64,000 nucleotides of DNA from Candidatus Poribacteria bacterium (GTDB taxonomy: Bacteria > Poribacteria > WGA-4E > WGA-3G): contig OZ244048.1 in assembly GCA_965215265.1 (NCBI GenBank), forward strand, positions 2,752,001 to 2,816,000. The letters are read 5' to 3'. Each line of letters begins with the position of its first letter. Position 1 is the first letter of the stretch. A program made the position numbers and the translations under genes. Positions 57,510-64,000 of this stretch are shown here, one piece after another. The notes under the pieces are model-generated. The model did not search any database, was not told the DNA's origin, and worked only from the letters and a program-made list of their open reading frames with translations.

Positions 57510-59146
57510 TTGCCAAAAAACACGACTTCACTCGCTGCAACCCAAACTACACTGCTATTTCCGCCTGCAGACGAGCAACATTTGAACATAGCCACGCTTG
57601 AGACGTGGCTGTGGGATGCCGCTTGTGTGATTCGCGGCGCGACTGATGCCCCGAAATTCAAGGATTTTATCCTGCCCCTGATCTTCTACAAGCGGCTTTC
57701 GATGTGTTCGACGATGAATTTGCCAAACAGGTTGAGGAGTTCGGTGATGAAGAATCCGCACGCGACATCATCGCAACCGACCATGGGGATGCACTCAGGA
57801 ACGATCGGGCACCGATTGTCCGTTTTTACATCCCGCAAAGTTATCATTGGGATGCGCTTCGCAGCCACCCTGCAGATGGGCACTTAGGCGAATTTCTCAC
57901 CGAAGCGATGCGGGAGGTGGCACGGCTGAATCCGCTGTTGCAAGGTGTGCTTGATGTGAAAGACTTCAACGAAACACAGAGCGGCCAGCGTACCCTTGGC
58001 GACGACCGGCTGGCGCAACTCATTGAAGTGATGAGCCGGTATCGACTTGGGCTGCAAGATACAGAGCCGGATATCCTCGGGCGTGCGTATGAATACTTGT
58101 TGCGGAAGTTTGCCGAAGGACAGGGGCAGAGCGCGGGCGAGTTCTATACCCCAAAAGAGGTCGGATGGCTGATGGCAAAACTGATTAACCCGGCCCCTTA
58201 TACGACGATTTACGACCCGGCGTGCGGTTCTGGCGGGCTGCTTATCAAACCGCGTTTGTTATTTGAGCAGGCACACCCGGATAAAAAGAGCCAAGCTCCT
58301 CAAATCTATGGGCAAGAGTCGAATGCTACTACCTACGCCATGGCGAAGATGAACGCCTTTCTGCACGATTTTATCGGCGCGGATTTTCGCATCGGCGATA
58401 CCTTCCGCAATCCGCGCTTTGTTACCGACGGCACCGCACTACAACGCTTCGATTATGTCCTCGCCAATCCGATGTGGAATCAAGATAGTATGACGAAAAC
58501 CTTTTACGCGAATGATAGCTGGCGGCGGTTTCAGGACGGAATACCGCCCAATTCCTCAGCAGATTGGGCATGGGTGCAGCACATGCTCAACTCACTGAAA
58601 GGGAACGGACGCGCCGCGATTGTGTTGGATACCGGGGCAGTCTCCCGAGGGTCCGGCGCTAAACAGAAGAATAAAGAGCGCGACATCCGCAAAGCGTTTG
58701 TGGAGAACGACCTGATCGAAGGCGTGCTCCTTTTACCCGACGACCTGTTTTACAATACGGGCTCGCCGGGTATCATCTTGCTGCTGAACCGCAACAAACC
58801 GCCAGAACGCAACGCGCAAATCCTGCTGATCAACCTTTCCAAATATTTCGTCAAGCAGGATCCTAAAAACGTGCTAACCGATGAAGGGATTGATGCGGCA
58901 ACGGAAGTCTATCGGGCGTGGGAGTCCCGTAACAAGTTGAGCCGTGTCATCACGTTAGAAGATGCGCGAAAAACTGATTACAACCTGAATCCTTCGCAGT
59001 TTGTAGACTTGAGCGATAGAGTCGAACACCGTCCTATCTCTGATATTCTGGCAGACTTCACGGAGACGCGTATGGCTCGCGAAAAGGCGGATAAGGCGTT
59101 GGAAGAGGTGTTGACACGCCTCGGACTCAATACGCGGAGGGGGTAA
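57510..59146 (+). pseudogene. hsdM: Type I R-M methyltransferase with a one-base-deletion frameshift near 57700
   Basis: 5' frame [22 protein letters not shown] continues as DVFDDEF in another frame; GEFYTP, DPACGSGG and ANPMW downstream. Confidence 0.88.
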
Positions 59147-60381
59147 TGCGTAAGATGAATTTGCCAGAATACTTAGAAATTGGGGAAATTCCTGAGAGTT
59201 GGAAGGCTGTTCGATTAGAAGAAATCGCTGACGTGCGGGCAGGTGCAGCTTTTCCTAAAAAATATCAAGGGAATACACAAGGAAAATACCCTTTTTACAA
59301 AGTTTCAGACATGAATCTTATAGGAAATGAAACTTTAATGAGCGGATCAAATAATTGGGTAGAGGAAAATACAGTTCAAACTCTCAGAGCAAAATTATTT
59401 CCAAAAAATACAGTCATTTTTCCAAAAGTGGGGCAGACTATTCATACGAATAAAAAGCGGATGCTATCTCGCGATAGTTTAGTGGATAACAACGTGATGG
59501 GGGTAACGATTCGAGATTACGATCAATGTTTTCCTTATTATATGTTGTATTGGTTTGAATTTATTGACTTAGTTGATCTTTCTAATCCTGGTCCTCTTCC
59601 GGCAATTACGGCTACGACAGTAAAAAATACGAAAATTCCCCTCCCCCCACTGCCCGAACAACGCGCCATTGCCCACGTCTTACAGACAATCCAAGACGCT
59701 AAAGCGACGCGGCAACGCGAGATTGCATTAGCACGGGAGCATAAAGCAGCGTTGATGGATTACCTCTTTTCACACGGCACGACGGGGGAACCCCGCAAAC
59801 AGACAGAGATTGGGGAAATTCCGAAGAGTTGGAAAATTTTGCCCTTTGAAGCGTGTTTGAAAAAGCTTAAACCTAAGAAAGTGTCATCTATTCCGAAAAA
59901 AGACTATCAGACAGCCGGCGATTTTCCAGTCATTGACCAAGGGGCATCATTTATTTCAGGTTGGACAAACTCCGTTGAGTGTATCATTTTTGAGAACTTG
60001 CCTGTGATTATCTTTGGAGACCATACTCGCATTTTCAAATATGTTGATTTTCCATTTGCGATTGGGGCTGATGGAACGAAACGCCTCTATGCAAACGATG
60101 ATTTTTTGGATGCCCGCTTTTTCTATTACGCACTTGTGAATCTAAAAGTGCCGAATAAGGGATATAATCGACACTATAGGTATTTGCGAGAGTTTTCAGT
60201 TCCGTGTCCACCATTGCCTGAACAACGTGCCATTGCACAGGTTTTTCAGGCAATTGATGAAAAAATCGCAGCCCTTGAACAAGAAGTGATATATTTAGAT
60301 GAGTTGTTCTACGCTATGCTTGACGAACTGATGACAGGGCAGAGGACTGCTGTACCGCTGATCGATGCGCAGATTGTCTGA
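59146..60381 (+). CDS. hsdS: Type I R-M specificity subunit
   Basis: Two TRDs, each with GEIP..W and PPLPEQRAIA. Confidence 0.93.
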   Translation: MRKMNLPEYLEIGEIPESWKAVRLEEIADVRAGAAFPKKYQGNTQGKYPFYKVSDMNLIGNETLMSGSNNWVEENTVQTLRAKLFPKNTVIFPKVGQTIHTNKKRMLSRDSLVDNNVMGVTIRDYDQCFPYYMLYWFEFIDLVDLSNPGPLPAITATTVKNTKIPLPPLPEQRAIAHVLQTIQDAKATRQREIALAREHKAALMDYLFSHGTTGEPRKQTEIGEIPKSWKILPFEACLKKLKPKKVSSIPKKDYQTAGDFPVIDQGASFISGWTNSVECIIFENLPVIIFGDHTRIFKYVDFPFAIGADGTKRLYANDDFLDARFFYYALVNLKVPNKGYNRHYRYLREFSVPCPPLPEQRAIAQVFQAIDEKIAALEQEVIYLDELFYAMLDELMTGQRTAVPLIDAQIV

Positions 60382-60474
60382 ACTGAACCTACATGCAAAA
60401 TTGATACCTATTTTTGCAATTTTGCATCTGATTAACGGCCGACAACGTGCCGCTAGTAAAATTCGAGGACAGTT

Positions 60475-63353
60475 ATGTCTGAACGTTCTGTAGTCCAGGA
60501 GCCGATGCTCAAATACGCTAATGAAATTGGGTGGGAGTCTATTTCTCTATCAGAAGCGATGTGCATGCGTGGCGGTGATAGCGCCGCGTTTTATTTTACT
60601 GATGTGCTGAAAGCACAACTGTTGAAACTCAACAGGGGCGTGGTAGACGACTCCAATTGCGCGGATGTTATGCGGCGGCTCGGTTTGCTTGATGCGACAC
60701 TTGAGGGAAATCAGCAGGCACTTTCCTGGCTGCGCGGGGAACAGTCAATTTTTGTTCAGAACGAAAACCGCGAGTGCAATGTCAGACTAATCGATTTTGA
60801 AAACCCGGACAATAACCTGTTTCATGTAACCGATGAATGGTTGCAGCAAGGCACCGTGCATCGTAACCGTGCCGATGTTGTGTTTCTGATTAACGGGATT
60901 CCGATGGTCGTTGTGGAAACCAAAAATGCTACGAAGGTAGATGGCTTGGCGACTGGTGTCGAACAAATTCGTCGTTACCACCGCGAAACGCCGGAGTTGT
61001 TTACCACAGCACAACTCTTCGGTGTCACGCAGCTGCTGGACTTTTTCTATAGCGTGACGTGGAACACGAGTCGTAAAAACCTGTTCAACTGGAAAACAGA
61101 CGAACCTACCAACTACGAGCAGAAGGTGAAGACGTTCTTTGAGCGAGAGCGCTTCCTGAAGGTATTGAAGGAGTCGATTATTTTCCAGAGCAAAGATGAT
61201 GCGTTGACAAAAGTAGTGTTGCGGCAGCACCAGACGCGTGCTGTAGAGAGGGTGATTGCGCGGGTTGCGGATGCGAACAAACGGCGTGGGCTTGTCTGGC
61301 ACACGCAGGGCAGCGGGAAAACCTTGACGATGATAACCATCGCGTCACAATTATTGCGCGGTGGACACCAAACCGAAAAACCGACTGTGCTCATGCTAAT
61401 TGACCGGAATGAATTGGAAAGCCAGCTCTTTAGAAACCTCACCGGTTACGGGATTACCACGTTTGAAGTCGCAGAAAGCAAGCGCGACCTGCGGGAGATT
61501 TTAGCGTCTGATTACCGGGGATTGGTTGTGTCCATGATTCATAAGTTTGATGGTATCCCGGCGAACATCAACCCGCGCGACGGTGTGACTGTGCTTGTTG
61601 ACGAAGCACACCGAACCACTAGCGGCGATTTGGGAAATTACCTGATGGCAGCCCTCCCGAATGCGACCTATATCGGTTTTACCGGCACCCCGATTGACAA
61701 CCTGTCACATGGCGACGGGACATTTAAGGTGTTCGGTGTGGATGACGAGCAGGGCTATCTGGATAAGTATGCGATCGCTGAATCGATTGAAGATGGGACA
61801 ACTGTTTCCTTGAATTACGCGCTCGCACCGTCTGATTTACAAGTGGATCGCGAAACATTGGAACAGGAATTTTTAAGTCTTGTGGTAAACGAAGGCATGA
61901 GTGATCTGGAAGAGCTCAACGCAATTCTTGACAGTGCTGTCCAGTTAAAAGCGATGATGAAGGCACCGGAGCGGGTAGATAGCATTGCTAAGTATGTTGC
62001 ACAACACTTCCAAAACACTGTAGAACCGATGGGCTTCAAGGCATTTCTGGTGGCTGTTGACCGGGAGGCGTGCGCGTTATATAAGCAGGCACTGGACAAA
62101 CATTTACCATCAGCGTATTCGGAGGTGGTCTATTCTCCATACCATCAAGATTCTGAGACGCTCAAGGCATATCACCACACCGCAGACGAAGAAAAGGAGA
62201 TGCGAAAACGATTCACAGACAAGAACGAGCATCCAAAAATTCTGATTGTAACCCAAAAGTTGTTGACCGGCTTCGACGCACCGATTCTTTACTGCATTTA
62301 TCTGGATAAACCGATGCGCGACCACGTACTGTTGCAGGCGATTGCCCGTGTCAACCGACCGTATGAGGACAAAGACGGCCTGGTTAAACCTGCCGGATTT
62401 GTCTTAGATTTTGTCGGCATCTTTGAAAACCTCGAAAGAGCACTTGCTTTTGATTCAGACATAGTGGAGAGCGTGATTCAGAATATTGAGGTCCTCAAAG
62501 AGGCTTTCGCCAAGCAGATGTGTGGAGATGCTGCGATATATTTACCGCTAGCCGCGGGTTGGGACGATAAAGCAAAAGAGCGAGCCATTACGCATTTTGA
62601 GGACAAGGACAGCCGAGAAACTTTTTTCAAATTCTTCAGGGGATTGCAAAACCTTTACAACATTCTTTCACCGGATGCTTTTTTACGTCCGTTTATAGAG
62701 GATTATCAGGCACTTGCATCCGTCTATGGCCTGATTCGTAACGCTTATGCCGACCGCATCTACACGTTGATAAGGAGTTAACCGCCAAAACACGTGAACT
62801 TTTACAAACGCATACAGAGAGCAATCTGTTTGAGTTACCAGATGCAGTTTATGAATTGAGCCCTGACACCTTGAGGGAAATTGATCAGAGCGATGCATCT
62901 GAGACGGTCAAGGTTTTGAATTTGCGGAAGGCCCTGCGGCAGACGGTAACGGACGAAAGTCAATCGAAGCCGTTTCTGACTTCGATTGGCGAACGTGCGG
63001 AGACAATTACGGCGGCTTATGAAAACCGTCAACTTTCGACACAAGATGTTTTGGCTAGGTTTATAGAGCTAGCCGAGAAGTATGCCCGTGCTGCAAGAGA
63101 ACGCGACCGGCTGGGCTTGGACGAGAACGCCTTTGCGGTTTATACGGTCCTCAAGGACGTTATGAAAGACGTTACCCCGGAACAAGCACGTGCCGTTAAT
63201 CAGGTGTTTACGCGATTTCCTGACTATCAGTGGAACAGCCACCAAGAAAGCGCGCTGCGGATGAGGCTCTATAGTACATTGAAACCTACAGTTGGAACAG
63301 AAAATCTGATCGAAACAACAAACAAATTGTTGAAGTTGGAACGAGTAAAGTAG
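60475..63353 (+). pseudogene. hsdR: Type I R-M restriction subunit with a frameshift near 62763
   Basis: RADVVFLINGIP..VETK, WHTQGSGKT, DEAHR, GFTGTP; after RIY the sequence VDKELTAKTRELL...ELSPDTL continues in another frame to 63353. Confidence 0.88.
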
Positions 63354-63368
63354 CAAGTACACGCAGTT

Positions 63369-63701
63369 ATGAACACCGGAAATGGCAACTTTAGGTGCGA
63401 GGTTATCGCGCCCGTCGATTTGAAAGGTGCAGCACGGGAGTGGGCAGAACGCCTCGGTGTGCCTGTACGGGAGATCCATTTCCGGGGTATGCAGCGGAAG
63501 TGGGCATCAATCTCTACGAATGGACGATTGACGCTCAACACGGACTTGCTCAATTTGCCGGCAACCTTATCAGAATTTGTGATTGTCCATGAATTGGTGC
63601 ATCTCCTTGTCCCGAACCACGGCAGGCTATTCAAGAGTTTCATGTGCGCTTACCTGCCCGATTGGGAAGAACGGCAGCGCTGTTTGGAATCTTTTGGTTG
63701 A
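63369..63701 (+). CDS. M48/YgjP-like zinc metallopeptidase domain protein associated with type I R-M
   Basis: MQRKWAS, VHELVHL..PNH...F. Confidence 0.85.
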   Translation: MNTGNGNFRCEVIAPVDLKGAAREWAERLGVPVREIHFRGMQRKWASISTNGRLTLNTDLLNLPATLSEFVIVHELVHLLVPNHGRLFKSFMCAYLPDWEERQRCLESFG

Positions 63702-63755
63702 AAAGTTGCTTGAACGCACGGCTCGTTAATCGTTTCCTTTCGGTGATTCTCGGAT

Positions 63756-64000
63756 TCAACTCAGGTGTTGAACCCACTCCTTGATAATCCTCGCCATCTC
63801 TACGAAAACGTCCTCCGTCGATTTACGCGAGCGTTTAAGTACTTTGAAACCGTGGTCGGCAGTATCTAAGAGATGTAAAGTCGCGTTGCTGCCGAGTCTG
63901 TCACAGACAGGCACCAACAAGTCTCGTTCCGCCAACTTATCACGTGTCCCGGATAAAAAGAGCATCGGAACTGTCAGGGCATCTAGGTGCTCCGCGCGTT
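63756..64000 (-). CDS. Alpha/beta hydrolase family protein, 3' part (runs off the window)
   Basis: LFLSGTRD and ADHGF motifs. Confidence 0.7.
   Translation of the reverse strand, partial: RAEHLDALTVPMLFLSGTRDKLAERDLLVPVCDRLGSNATLHLLDTADHGFKVLKRSRKSTEDVFVEMARIIKEWVQHLS

Noticed and set aside
1-64000. tRNA, rRNA, integrase or DDE transposase genes
   Set aside because: None recognised in the ORF track or in the intergenic regions I read.

Overview
Bacterial chromosomal window. Its gene content (LRR surface proteins with cohesin, dockerin and a 'NYPNPFNPETWIPY' C-terminal domain, PhyH-HEAT fusion, sulfatases, TIM-barrel sugar isomerases) resembles Candidatus Poribacteria; this is inference, not a database result. 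Housekeeping genes (nadC, two tandem dnaN, ftsY, ABC-F, thrB-like kinase, hisI-trpE-trpG) are interleaved with accessory and defence genes (Fic, Rpn-family nuclease, two T5orf172/GIY-YIG fusions with a duplicated 5' module, XPB-like helicase plus DUF790, orphan type III-like Mod, type I R-M). Signals not in the ORF track: (1) a 25-aa leader peptide with 4 His and 3 Trp codons plus attenuator hairpins in front of the mixed hisI-trpE-trpG operon; (2) a dispersed bipartite element, GRCGAGATTT...-N33-...ACGAA, directly upstream of four accessory genes; (3) an Rpn gene inside 20-bp terminal inverted repeats with a degenerate 11-bp target duplication and a possible internal antitoxin start; (4) a cobalamin riboswitch controlling a three-gene operon with no BtuB/BtuFCD homologue; (5) tandem dnaN paralogues differing at probable pocket positions; (6) lesions confined to defence genes, including a G8 tract in mod and an unannotated RelE-like pseudogene. 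All family assignments come from motif recognition by eye; no searches were run.
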